A stretch of 64,000 nucleotides of DNA, from assembly GCF_964355755.1 (NCBI RefSeq), contig NC_092673.1:23557648-23621647 (forward strand). Direction: 5' to 3'. The notes below the pieces were generated by a model, which did not search any database, was not told where the DNA came from, and saw nothing but the letters and a program-made list of their open reading frames with translations. Positions 27,927 to 41,520 of the stretch are shown one piece after another (positions within the stretch are counted from its first letter, which is position 1; every line of letters begins with the position of its first letter). A program made the position numbers and the translations under genes. Origin of the DNA: Antedon mediterranea (Eukaryota > Animalia > Echinodermata).

Positions 27927-29912
27927 ACTATAATGTTCTGTATTCAATTTCAATTATTGAAATCTATATTAATATCCTTACAAATGGTCATTATTATTTG
28001 TAAACATTTTTAAATGTCGCTCCTACAAAACGGTTTCCGTTCTCGATTATGTTTATTTTTGGCATGTTGTAATCGGCATACTATACGCGTTTTGTCGTCA
28101 TTTAGGTGTCAACAGAAAGATAAAAAAGACCATTGCAAATAATAACTTGCATAATAATAGAATCTGCGTCATAAACTTCCTAAATTGTTATGTTGGTTCC
28201 CGGTGGTAGTTATAACCTTAAATCACATGTCAATCAACAGAACATTAAAATTCCAATTACAGCATTTACTAAGTAGAGCGCTAACGTTGTAATCGTAATC
28301 ACTGTCAAAAGGTTTCTACATGTCGCCTAATAAAAGTGATCGTCATTTTGTGAATTTTTATGTATATAAACAATTTAGCCGATTATATGATACCTATAAT
28401 TTGTTGAACATGTCAAAATTCTGTGATACAGCATCATATTTGTATCACATGTGACGCTGTATTAGCCCATAATCTTAATCTTAACGTAATATACAAGCGT
28501 TACATGTGAAACATATGTTACGCTGTATTGCATATTCTCCCTATGATACTGGTCGTATACATTATGTGGAGATCCAATATAAAGAGAATCGGTTGAATAA
28601 TGAATGTTTCATAACACAGCATTATGATTAGGGTTTGTTGTACTGAATGCCTAAAATCAAGACGGAAATATGTGGAGATAATAAAAATAATGCTTAATTG
28701 ATTTTAGCACATTGTATAGGACATTGAACGTTTCTTTGTTAAGATGAATGTCCTTAAAGAAGACTGAATATTGATAAACCCGAAGCCGCTAATTACATCC
28801 TATAATATAAATAAAACAGGAAATAATTTCCTTAAGACGACGTCACGATTTTTTGTTCACATGCTCTAGAGTTAATCGTTCGGAGTTAAGCTTAAACCGA
28901 ACCATTATCCGAGTTACAACCGACATAACTGATCGTGTGATAATAATTTCCTTAAGATGACGTCACGATATTTGGTTAACTTGCTATAGGCTACCTCCGT
29001 GTCGGTAATTATCGACCATTATTTCTCCGATGTACCTCCGATAATTCCGATAGGTTTCAGAACCACATGTTATGATAAATTAACTCTGATAGGTATCATG
29101 ATGTAACAAGAGTGTTGGACAAGTGAAATGCCTTCTCACTTGGTTACAAGATAGTCGAATGTAATATCTGCGTGTGAACGCAGGGAAGGATAAACCGCAA
29201 TGTAGCTCCAATTTAATAGAGAAACCGTAGTTTAGAGGAGAGTAAACATGTATATATTTATACGGTAGGCCTTAAAGTTTACTGTGCTACAACTCAATAA
29301 ATGTGAAGCTCGGAAGCTCTAACCCCGTTCCCTAGTGTGTCTCCATAGGCCTACACTTCATACTGTAGATTCCAACCAAATCAAACCGCAGATGTTCAAT
29401 TACAACGTCTTCAATATTAATGACAATTGATTATATCGTTTCATTCAAATTTTCAATTACATCGTTTTTTACCGTACTTTATTAACTAAGCTTACAACGA
29501 AAAAGTTGTTTTATATAACAACCCAAAAGTGTTTAGATCAAAGAAATCTTTGAAATTTAAATGTTAAATACTTCGTTAATATTTTTCCGTTTCCGTTTTC
29601 AATTGATATGCTGTATATTTATTGCATATTATTCAGTGAATGATTGAATTAGCTTGTGTGGAACCTGATTAGCGTACAGATTCAATTTTCTCCTAATAAG
29701 ATATAATTTCTTGAAGTGGACTGAAGAGTTTTTCATCATCAACGGCAAGAGTTCCTCAGATTTTAGAGAAGCTAGTCAGTTTCTATACCATGAACTCGTA
29801 AATATGATGCAAAATTAGTAATTCGTCAAATCAGCATAAGAGTGCTCCTCGGGAAACGTCAGTAATGAGTATTGCCGGCAAAACAACCGACATGCGGAGG
29901 ACGAGATTTAGT

Positions 29913-30035
29913 CATATAAGGTTCACTCGCCATCGCAGTTGGTTACAAATACTCGCAACACAATCAGTGGCAACAGACAGTTTGAACACTGACGAGGCGA
30001 AGACACAGATCCATCACTTCTAAATATCTACTGCA
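29913..30035 (+). promoter_or_regulatory. Candidate TATA promoter and non-coding first exon of the second peptide precursor gene
   Basis: GC-richer island with CATATAAG at 29913, an ATG-free leader of about 90 nt, and a consensus donor GCA|GTAAGT at 30035/30036. A CRE (TGACGTCA) lies upstream at 28958. Confidence 0.45.
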
Positions 30036-30412
30036 GTAAGTATTAACAATTGCTTTTATATTGTTGATTTTATTTGTAATAGTTAATTAGTAACAATACA
30101 TAACATAGATTCAATTTCTTATTATTTCTTTAATTCTCACAATATTTTATAGTGTTTTGTTATGTTACAGGCCCAGTCGTTGTTTTATTTATAAATTAAT
30201 CAAAATTATTTGAGGCATGTTTCCTTCGATTTGTATGTATCTTAAGTTATTCTTTTTTTTGTCTTGTGTGAGTTCATCTCATCTCACGTTTTTTTAAAAT
30301 TCTCAGTGATAAATATATTGTATACATATAAGTAAATTTGTGACAATTAAAGTAAGTGTTTAAAGTAGTTAAAATACAGGTATATTTACATAATAAGATA
30401 TTTGAATCTTAA

Positions 30413-30757
30413 AGATGTATTGTCCCCCTGAAAAAAATATTCTGAACACAATTTTTGTTGAATATGCAATTTTAATATAACATAATAGTTATCCACTTTG
30501 ACCAAAAAATGGATCGAAAAAAAATGTATTTATCTGAAAAAACTGTAATTTAAAGCAAATAATAGTCAAATTGGCTGCCAGCCAATGGGTTTTTGGTTGA
30601 ATTTGACCATTTATTATGTCATTTTATATGGTAAAACACGAATTTTTCTAGTTTTTTTAACGGAATGGGATTACCTATATGAAAACTACAAAATAACCTA
30701 TTTAAAATCTGATTTAAATAATCTTCATTTTTTATGTTGTTGGGGGACAATACATCT
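30413..30757. mobile_element. TTAA-flanked (Kolobok-like) MITE
   Basis: TTAA-AGATGTATTGTCCCC...GGGGACAATACATCT-TTAA. A degenerate second copy lies at about 5077-5377 (shared TTTGACCAAAAA..GGATCGAAA and AATCTTCATTTTT). Confidence 0.75.
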
Positions 30758-33288
30758 TTAAGTTATTTTTTACAAAATGTACGTAAGCCAAATTTTACTG
30801 TAAAACACAAGAATATTTATTTTCGAATGACACGCCATATAATTTATGCCATGTCTAAATACTGTATTTATACTGAGGTATACAAATATAATATACATAA
30901 CATAGACCGTTTTGACAATCCATAGCCTATGTCTGTCTGTAATAATATAATTTATAATATTACCGTACCGGTACTGTATCACTATAAAATATGTTTTAAA
31001 GAAATTTACCATTTAATTATTGCTTTCCAATTTAGTTTTTGTTTTAGACATAAACTAAAATCGATTTATTTGAAAACGTTTTTTTGTAATTGTCACCTGG
31101 AAACGTTTTGCAAGAATTAACTATTTTTTAAATTTTAATTTAACGATAACAATTATAATTGACCTCATCACAGATCAAAGTTTATAGTTGGTACTTTTCT
31201 AGGAATGTTAACGACGTAAGCTAATAATATAATATTGTTTGTTTGTTTATAATATTACAAACTAATCATATTTATCAATTCTATAAAATAGAAGAGGATT
31301 TAAATGAAATGTTAACTTAGCGATAACTATCAAATTGAGATTTTCTTAGATCAATATTAGTAACTTTATACGAAATCAGGTACGTGAACTCATATAATAT
31401 TTATATATCTATAATAATTATTACTAAGTTAATCATTTATAATAAGTTCAAGAGCATTTCAATGAAATTGAAATTAAATGCACCTCTCGTGTCTTTAAAA
31501 GCAATTATTACATACGGCTTAGATTTTTAATAAAATTCCTAATATTAATAAATGTTAATCCAATAGTCTAGAACTTAAGAGGCATGCTGTGCCTCATAAT
31601 ATGCCGGTAGTAATCATAATAATAGTTTACTTTTTTTTAATTACTCACCGAACATCCTTTAAAGAACCATATTCAGGACCCAACAGGTGTCCCCTTAATA
31701 GTGTTCCCATAATATACCGGTATGGAATGGAGTTTTCCAAAGGAGAGGTTCTTCTGTATTTACATCAGTATTAGCACAAACAAATACAAACTCATCCCCA
31801 ATGTTTACATCGACATCATCGACACAACACAACCATAAAGTCTATTATAATAATATGTATTCCTTCATGTTTTCATTGCGCGTGTCATAACCAATAACCA
31901 AATAACCAGTACCACTAGTCATTATTATCATGAAAATCAACCCCAGCCTTCAGCAATCATCACTCCTCGTCATGAAGATTCGTCACCACATATCCCCGCC
32001 ACCAACGTATGGTATGGTCATTATTATGGTTTATACACTAATGATATACAGTAATCTTCCTCAACACTATTAACATCATCAGAACACCGTTCATTATCAT
32101 CATTTATCATTTTATTCATCACCATAAGATTGTTAACATCACGTCATCGACCGACTCTATACAACGTTTCATAGCTGAGTGAAGGCATTTGGCTGAATTA
32201 CAGTACCCGGAAACGACTCCCAGTCCATAGTGAGTACCTGTTTTGAAAAGAGGAAAGAGCCACACATAATGCCTACAATATAGTAAAATTAACTCATAAC
32301 AGCTCATTCTCCAACGGAACTCACCTTTTTGTATATAAATAGTCAGTTTGGAATGATACTTCCTGGAAGAATCTTTATCATGATAACAATCTTAACTATC
32401 GTCATCTGTATCATAATGACTATCTTCCGTAGATTTTCAAGAAAGCGATTTTGTAAGAAGACTTTTCGAAAATTCTGTTATATTTATAAAAGTTGTATAA
32501 ATGCCATTTAAAGCCTACTACAGAATGTTAGGCTTAACGTAAAGTTCCCGTAGCCTACTTAACGAACGCACTCGAGATGCGCACAGGTAGTTATTGTTAG
32601 TCGGTTATACGCATGCTTGATCTTTTTGGTGATTATAGACTTCAGTTCTTTATTATGACTTTATAAACTGTATTATGCGTTATTAGAGCCTAATGTTTGC
32701 TATGCATTTTATGGATATGAGTTTTTACTCTGTAAAAATCATCTTAGTGGATATAGGAGTTAAATAGGCTTAACGCAGTGATAACTGCATTGTAGGTCGG
32801 CTTGTTTAGATGTTTACAAGATTTAATGATGAAAGAAATCTGTGGTAATAGCAATAAAACGTATCCTAGAACGAACATTGTTAATCAATACTGGAAAATA
32901 AGTGAGAACTTTAACGATACTGGGCTTAAATTATGTGATAAGTAGGTGGCAAACCAAGTAGGAAAAACAATGAAATGCTGGTAAATCTACCTACACAACT
33001 CTATAAAATGTGCACCTAATTCTTGTTTATCTGTATAGGTTCATCGTGGTATTATTCTCATGAGTAAATAAAACACTATGGCAATAATGGCTAAAGTAAC
33101 TAAAACAAACAACAATATAAACATTCCACAAATTAGGATTATCTATTGCAGTTTCAGTAAGGTGTTAAAATGCAATTTAGCCGTGAAAAAATGTGAAAAG
33201 TTAGTTAAGTGTTTGAGGTAATAAAATATCTGGAGAAAAATGACGTTATTCTTAAGTTACGTTGTGAGTTATGATGACGCCACCCTAA

Positions 33289-33669
33289 GGGCCCATTTAC
33301 ACTAGGACGATAACGATGGACGATCAATATAAGCATGCAGCAAAAGAAATTAGAAAGGTTTTTGTTCTAGAACTATAGGATAATCATTTATGCTGTCTTT
33401 GATAAAAATAATATTTTTAAAATTCCAATCAAATGACGTCATGATAAATAAAAACAATAACATCGTTGTATTGTCACGATATTATTGCTCTTACTAATCA
33501 TGACGTCATTTGATTGGACGTGTTAAAATATCATTTTCATCAAAGGAAGCATAGATGGTTCTTCTATAGTTCTGGAATGAAAGTGTTTATATTTCTTTTG
33601 TTTTATGTATGAAAAATGCACATTTGTTTATTTATCGTCGATCGTTATCATCCTAGTGCAAATGGGCCT
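33289..33669. mobile_element. PIF/Harbinger-like palindromic MITE
   Basis: TIR GGGCCCATTTACACTAGGACGATAACGAT / ATCGTTATCATCCTAGTGCAAATGGGCCT with TAA on both sides. Nearly the whole element folds back. Confidence 0.85.
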
Positions 33670-33696
33670 TAAAAGCACTGTAGACGTGGGCGGGGA

Positions 33697-34869
33697 GCGA
33701 TTTTTTTTTTTTTTCGTACATAAGTTGGGGACCCCATCATGAAACGTCACAAAATAAACATGAATAATTCATCAGTTAAATGTTCTTGTTCCGTGTGCAC
33801 CCAAGCGTATAGCATGCAACAAGAAGTGATTAAGTGCGGTACGATTCTAGGCCTATCTCCGCTGTGGTTGCCGCGTGCGATTTCATAATAGAATAGCGGA
33901 GTTTTGTGTGGATTGTCGAAATAATCAGCCTTTAGTTTATGGTGTTTTTAATATAGTTTATTACTAAAGAATTACGTGTTAAAATTATAGTTTCTATTGA
34001 TACTATTAGGCCTAATTACTAGTCTCTAATCTAAACCCCTGTATATTCTATTAGTAGCTGTGTGGGTGTGTGTGACTTGTGTCTTTGGGCTATGTCCAAT
34101 TACTACTTAGTTTAATGTTTTGCCTAGCTGTCGATTAGCCTCGACACATTTTGCATAGTGGACGTGTGTGTGAAGAAGAGTGCGCGAAGGCAATCACGTG
34201 AATTGACCTAGAATCCTAGGCCTATTATTGTAGAAAGAATCGTATCGCAGTTGTTGTTCCGTGTGCACCCAAGCGTTCTTGGACATAGCCCAAAGAAAGC
34301 TTAGACCCACAAGAATAAAGACTGTGTATAATTTGTGTACTGTATTTTTTTAATTCTGCTATCATTTATCAAACAATATGCAATGTACTCAAAGGAACTT
34401 TAAAAATGCGCGTATATGAACACATGAGATGGGAAGATTTGACCCACGAGAATAAAAAATGTATTTTTGTGTAATGTTTATTGTTTAATTTTGCTGACTT
34501 ATTACTCGGATTGTGTCATACCAAAGATAGTGTAACTATTACCAAAGATAGTGTAACTATCTTTGGTCATACCTAACACACACACACGTCACACACATCC
34601 ACACAGCTACTACTAGAATAGACATGGGTTTAGAGACTAATAATTAGGCCTAATAGTATTAATAGATTATTTCGACAATCCACACAAAACGCCGCTATTC
34701 TTCAACAGCGGAGATAGGCCTAGAATCGTACCGCACTTGTGTAATCACTTCTTGTTGCTATACGCTTGGGTGCACACGGAACAAGAAAATTTAACTGATG
34801 AATTATTCATGTTTTTTTTGTGACGTTTCATGAGGGGGTCCCCAACTTATGTACGAAAAAAAAAATCGC
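33697..34869. mobile_element. Non-autonomous Mutator-like/foldback DNA transposon (about 1.17 kb)
   Basis: Long terminal inverted repeats (about 33697-34082 and 34578-34869) starting GCGATTTT, flanked by an exact 9-bp direct repeat GGGCGGGGA (33688-33696 and 34870-34878). No transposase ORF. Confidence 0.85.
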
Positions 34870-36282
34870 GGGCGGGGAGGGGAAGGGTGTGTGGGCTTAT
34901 TTCAAGACGCTCATTCTGCTTCACCACTGTCGAAAAATTAATTGGGTTATTACCAATGCTGTTGCAAAGGTTTGTAATGTACAATATATTTTTAACCCCG
35001 GAACTACCCTTTAAAGCTTTAATTAATATTTTGTCAAATCTTCCACATGTTACGTCATCGCTTACATACTTTCCGGAATCATGTCCTATAAATTATGGCT
35101 TCACTTTGATCTATATACATCGGCATGATTTCTATTCCTACTCAATTAATCATTGTGTCTAATAATTAATCTGTAATGGTGTTATGGGTTGTTTTTGGCC
35201 TAATGAATTTGACATTAGCGTGCTCTTATGTTACCTCGTAAATTTTCATATAATTGTAACTGTAGTTTGGAGGTTGCTTAAATACTCCTACGTCTTGGGA
35301 ATTTCCTCATACGTATTCACAGTCCTGTAACCCAACATTTGACAATGCTTGCTCAGTACCATAGGTAGATTACGAAATACAGCTTATCGTGTGTACCAAA
35401 TTTACTTCCTGTATCATGAAAGGTTACGTTAAGATTAAGAGTTAAGGTTTATGAAACATAGGCTTCATATGCGACACACATCGTACTGTATCGTGTTATT
35501 TGCCTATGATTCCGGTCATTTTAGTATACGCTTCGCACCTCATAATCCTCGTTAAAAATTATTTTCTTTAGAGCGGTAACACCGTAATCCTTATCTATAT
35601 ATAAATTATGGTTAATTCTGACATAGGCGAGCACAATGCAAAAACTTCGGTACAAATCTCCGCCTTGGATACCTACCTTATCTATCCGAGATGTACCGCG
35701 AAACGTAGATTTGATAACATTAGTGTGCACGCCGACGCTATTGTTCCATATTTATATCTTAGGAAGATGTTATAAAGAGTTTTTTAACAACATTTATGAT
35801 TTCAACATTGGATTTTCCTCTCAATTTCAATTCTTCCCGGTCAAAGTAATTTCCGGGTTTAAGATAAGTTCACCTTAGTTTCAAATATTTTCTCTCTTTT
35901 ATACACAAGGGAGCAGTTAAAATAATAGATTTGACCCTAAAGGTGACTGGAAACAGGCACTTTCCATCAATCAATACAGTGTCCCTTTGGAAGACGAAAA
36001 AAAATTGGCCATTAATCATAGCCATTTCAGTTTTTTGTTTATTTTAAAACATACCACACGTGTGTGAAGGTACAGTAGTTAAATAATAGGAATTATACTG
36101 CAAATTAATAAAGATCAAATTAAATATACGCCATAAAGAATCAGAATATATTGTGGGGAATAGTATTATAAAATTACATAGGGAGATTTGATAAGACATT
36201 TTTCGAGTGAAATCCCGATAGCTGAGTTTTATCAGGGAAGAGTTAAATTAATGTAAATGTAATTTAACTCTTCCCTGGTTTT

Positions 36283-36648
36283 ATTGAGTAAGCTTGCAGG
36301 AATAACTGTAGGCTATCTTCCTGTGTCCCGTTAGGACCGAGATGTCTGCCCATGTTGCAAGCCGTAATGTCTTCTTTCTTGGGCCCACTCTGTCACGGCA
36401 GTTAGTTTCAAAAGATGATTAAATTAAATAATGTATTAATAATTATTAGGATGGTATTCATTTGAATTGAGTAAGCTTGCAGGAATAACTGTAGGCTATC
36501 TTCCTGTGTCCCGTTAGGACCGAGATGTCTGCCCATGTTGCAAGCCGTAATGTCTTCTTTCTTGGGCCCACTCTGTCACGGCAGTTAGTTTCAAAAGAAG
36601 ATTAAATTAAATAATGTATTAATAATTATTAGGATGGTATTCATTTGA
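36283..36648. repeat. Near-perfect 183-bp tandem duplication
   Basis: ATTGAGTAAGCTTGCAGG... starts at 36283 and 36466. I saw one substitution. Confidence 0.95.
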
Positions 36649-37515
36649 ATAAACGCCTCTCCAATAAAACATCACTTTGAATAATAACCCCCCCCCCCAC
36701 CCCACAACCCAACTATCTAATAAACGTCCATCCACATATTTATAATAACACAATTATACTATTTGTAGTAGAATTCACCGCACTGTTATCATATTATTAG
36801 AACTAAAAAATTTAACATATATCCCTCGAATAAGCACCTCCCTCAAATGACCTCCGCCTCCCCAAAGGGCCCTACCAAACAATAAAAACTATACTTTAAA
36901 ATGTTATTAATCATCTAAAACACTGTGAAACAAAGTAGTTCAGTTTTACGAATGTCAAGCATTTTCAATAATGGTAACCTACAGAAAATGTATAAGGAGA
37001 ACATTATCATTCCGAGAACCATCGTCTACACTTCCTAGAGGGGGAGCGAGCGAAGCGAGCTCACCCTCTAGTAATTTACAATTACATTTACTGTTAATGT
37101 TAGGTTGTTGAAATGAAAGTCTGTCTAATTAGTTTATAATAACGTAATAGTGTATCATTATAAAATCATAATACCTCATTACATTCAAAGGTGGTTGGTA
37201 GTCATGTGATGTATGTGCAGGCGACACACACGAAGTCACCCGTTACGCGTTTTAATTTTCCCAGCATGCGTTTATTCAAGATGTTCTGTTTTATTCTTCT
37301 CTAATACGGAAGACAACCTTGCAACCAAAGCCGCATAATAATGTACATTTTTAGTGCTAACATAAATTAATAACTTTTCATTTATTTTTCAGAGCAGTCC
37401 AACGTGTCTTCTCAATGTGTCTTTCAACCGTAAACTGTAAATGTTGGGGAATACCTTTTAATTCGCAGATTTACCGGACTGAATTGCGCACAACGACGAC
37501 TTTATTCTTCCCTAA

Positions 37516-37962
37516 AACGTGGTTCCCAATAAAGCTTGGTTCTCACTAGCGACGCAACATAACGCAACCTACGCAATGTAAGAAAATGCCCTTCCAATAA
37601 TTTTGTTTTCCTCCACGTACCTGCATGATTACGCAATACATCACTTTGCGTCAATACGTCGCTGCGTTGCGTTCTAGTGGGAACCACCCTTAAAGCGTGG
37701 TTCCCACTAGCGACGCAATCACAAGCGAATAAGCCATCGCTTGTGATTGGTCAATTCACTTGCGTTGCGTTACGTCCTTGCGTTGCGTCGCTAGTGGAAA
37801 GAGGTAACGCATGGACGTAACGCAACGCAAAGTGATTTGACCGATCTCAAGCGATGGATTATTCGAACAGTCGCGATTAGTTAACCTGTTGCATTGCGTC
37901 TGTTTCCTTGCGTTGCGTCCTAGTGGGAACCAAGCTTTAAGCTTGCTAGTGAGAACCACGCT
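37516..37962. mobile_element. Nested/tandem cluster of GGTTCCCACTAG-family MITEs
   Basis: At least three left termini (37516, 37533, 37694) and three right termini (37690, 37936, 37962), with TAA at the junctions. Confidence 0.8.
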
Positions 37963-40900
37963 TAAAGTACAGGCAGTTGTGCAAACACTGGAAACGCGTT
38001 ACGAACTCCATTGACCCCTATATTATAATTATGATTATCAGCTATAGTAGTCTAGATCAACTTCTTATTTCAATTATTTATATACGTAATATAAACCAAG
38101 ATATTTCTAACTCGTAAGCACTTATTTTAAAAAGTCAATGACATTAGGTTTCGCACGTAGGCAGACGCGGTCAGGTAGGACTTTTGATCTTTATGAAGAT
38201 GCGCGTTGTGAACGCATTTCTAATATGGCAAGCAAACACAACTACCTCTTTAATCAGAGTTGAAAATCCGTCCCTGAAAACTTACCATAAATACATTATG
38301 TAGTGTAGAACCAACAACATCATACCAGCAGTACGTAAATTTTCTAACATACCAAAATTAATTACAGGGAAAACTATAGCTTTAATTTCAATTTATAATA
38401 TATTTTATTTGTTAGATAAATGCTATTAAAATATTATATTATAGATCGACGGGTATTAAATATATTAAATTATGCTTTTACAATTTTTAATTTTTATTAG
38501 TAGAAAAAACACATATTGCGCAAAAACTGGTGTTAATTTACTGACTTTTAAACCTTCTAATAAGTAATAATGTCAATATTAGTGAGCCCGTATACATTAT
38601 GATTTATTTACTCAAATATATCGTATTAGTGTTGTAACGGCCCTTCAAAACACCTACTTAACGAAGCTAGCAACATTGTCTATTTTAGTAATAATTTCGC
38701 TAATAATTAACGCATTCTAATTAACGCGTTCGGAATGTTTAATCGTTCTTTACGGCTTAATTGAACTGCTTTTGATGATCTCCGACTGTGAAACACGTCA
38801 TAAATTGTGTTACGAAGTTCGCATGACGCGTTTATATCGATAGTCTATTTTTTTTCATCCAAACATTTTCTGTAGAAGGAATCATTATTGTTGGTATAGT
38901 ATGTCTTATCTGTGTATTACAATAGCTTAGTTGAATAGTCGTATAATGATATTAGTATTTCAATAAGATTTAGATTGTATCCACTCAATATAAGCAACTT
39001 ATCATGGGCTTGTTTAAAAAGTAGGTCTATCAACATTCACTTTAAAGTTTATACGCGTGTATTTTGTTGGAAAATATTTATGTGCGCTAATAACAATTAT
39101 TACGGAAAATTAGGCAAATGGGTTACCGTTATTGTTTAGGACCAAGTTTAAATAGGCCCTAAAATTAGCATACTTGTTAAATATGCTATTCTATTGGCAC
39201 ACTAGTTTCTGTTAAAAGAAATTTCGAGTTCAAGGTGTGCTGAGAAATTGAAATACAAAAGATAAGTCATTATGTTAAGTTCAACATATTTCGGCCGATT
39301 TCATCAAATGTATTTCACATTTATCTATAGTAGTATTCTAACCCTTGACCCAACCTTATATCATACAGGCACGACATGTGATATAGATGAAATATCAAAT
39401 ATTCATATGAGATCGGAGATAGATAGTATGTGGAGATACAGCACTGGGAATCGAGTTATTTTGTATGCCCTCGCCCCTACCATTCTCTATTTCAAAATCC
39501 TTGCCACTGATTCAAACCGTATAAAACACTCCCAAATGACCACTACCGCTTAGTGCCATCTTGAGGTAACGATACCTTTTAATTATATTTACCATCATTT
39601 AAGGTCCTATATGCTACACTCTAATTAAATGGCCACTTTCTTTTAATGGCTTTAAAATGTAGCCTGACACTTTATCTTGTGAATTCTATTCTGTTTTTGT
39701 CATAAAATATAAAAAATTAAAATGAAACGAATTTATAAAAGGTAGTGAAAACCACAAAAGAAAGATTTAGATGAATTAAGATGACAATCTAATAGTATTA
39801 TAAGATGAATCAAAACGATGATGATGACGATACAACTGTACGAAGCATAATTTCTTACAATCAAGAATGACTTATTTAAAGACATTAGTGAACAAGATCG
39901 ATTACTTTTACATTATCTTAACCACGGTGTACTTTTAATGCATAAATTAAATTAATATGTAATAAATAATATCTTGAAACAATGGGTACAGTGTTAACAG
40001 TTACTGTCGTTAAGCGATTATAAATAAATAAAATATTTCCGACTGCCGTGTTTCGTCCATTATAAAAATGTATACATACCTTCCATTAAACATAGATATA
40101 ATACACATTAACGGTGTGTTAATCGGAAAGTATTAGATAATCTTAGTTTGAATCCGATAATTATTTATGAAACTCAAATACTGTCTACTAGGAGTCATGG
40201 AGTTGAGTGACCTGAGGTGATGACAGAGACGCCACAACCACAATGCTCTCCTCGGCCAAACAGTAGTTTTTTTATAGTCTTCTCGGATAAAGACATAAAG
40301 AAGACCAATGTGTACACATGACACTGTAATTTTAAAGTCAGTAGCCTACATTCGGAAAGGCGTATAGTATGAGGTTACCCCAGTGTAATAGTCCAGCTCT
40401 TTATCGGAGAGAGGAATGAGTGCCGTATGTTGGAAGTCTTGGATGGACCATTGGGGACGTTATAGGTAGCCTACTGCCCACATGTATATTCGAACATTAT
40501 TTATTTTTTAACAGAAAAACCTTCACCAGTGAAGGCGCTATAAAACTACTAAATTATTATTGTAGCGATAAAAGGTAATTTCAATTAGAATTAATAAAAA
40601 TAATTGATAACACAAGGTACTATTATTATCAATCATAGGCATGTGTAACTAGACTAATAGACTCTAAAGTTAATTAATGTTTTTTTTCAATAGATGAATG
40701 TGTTTGTATGTGATATGTTTCCACTGCATACGATTCTGTGTGAAGAGCTTTGATCTTCTTCCAATAGTGCTATATTAATTAATTCATTATGTGATAAGAA
40801 ATAATTTTCAAATTACGATCAATCATGAATAGGAATAATGTAATGTTCCTAATGTAGCATTAACGTTAATTAATGTTCATTGTTTCAATGAATTAGGTTT

Positions 40901-41439
40901 AGGTTCCAGTGGAAAACAATGTTTAGACTGTTGATAAATTAATAATGACGGCTCATTTTTGCTTGACTGATCGTAATAAAGTACAGTTAACCATAAGTTA
41001 AGCATCTCATTTCGAAGGAGAACTTGGTGATGGGTAACTTTGAAATGTTGAAGAACATTAATCATGATTTTCGTACGAACGACTTTAGCTTCACTACAAT
41101 TATGTACGTACAAGCAACACATGGGGTTCAAATGTCAGGATTTTTTCTAATGACAAATTACAACTCCACTCCCAAAGACTTGTAATAAGACTTTGTTTAT
41201 GTAGAGCATCTTGTGTATATGTGAACAGGATTGCCACCTTTATGAATTCGCTTATGGTTATCCTTGACAATTTGCCTAAATATATAATTTTAAAAATAAA
41301 GTACATCCAGTTGCAATTAACACCAATAGCAGAGTTATTTAAATGTTAAATGTATTTACATTACTACAGAGAAAGAAGAAATGGTCACATAATGATAATG
41401 ATGTACTATTTCATCTCCGCAAGTTCATTGTCATTGTTA

Positions 41440-41520
41440 GGGGCTTTCGATTTCCGACGACCGAGGACTGACGACCAACCAGTCGGTGCTTGTCGACCGT
41501 CGCATGGAAATTGAAAGCTC
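41440..41520. mobile_element. Small GC-rich hairpin MITE
   Basis: GGGCTTTCGATTTCC...GGAAATTGAAAGCTC inverted ends. Confidence 0.5.

Noticed and set aside
34820-35162. ORFs as a transposase of the foldback element
   Set aside because: They begin in the TIR and run into flanking DNA; no DDE motifs.
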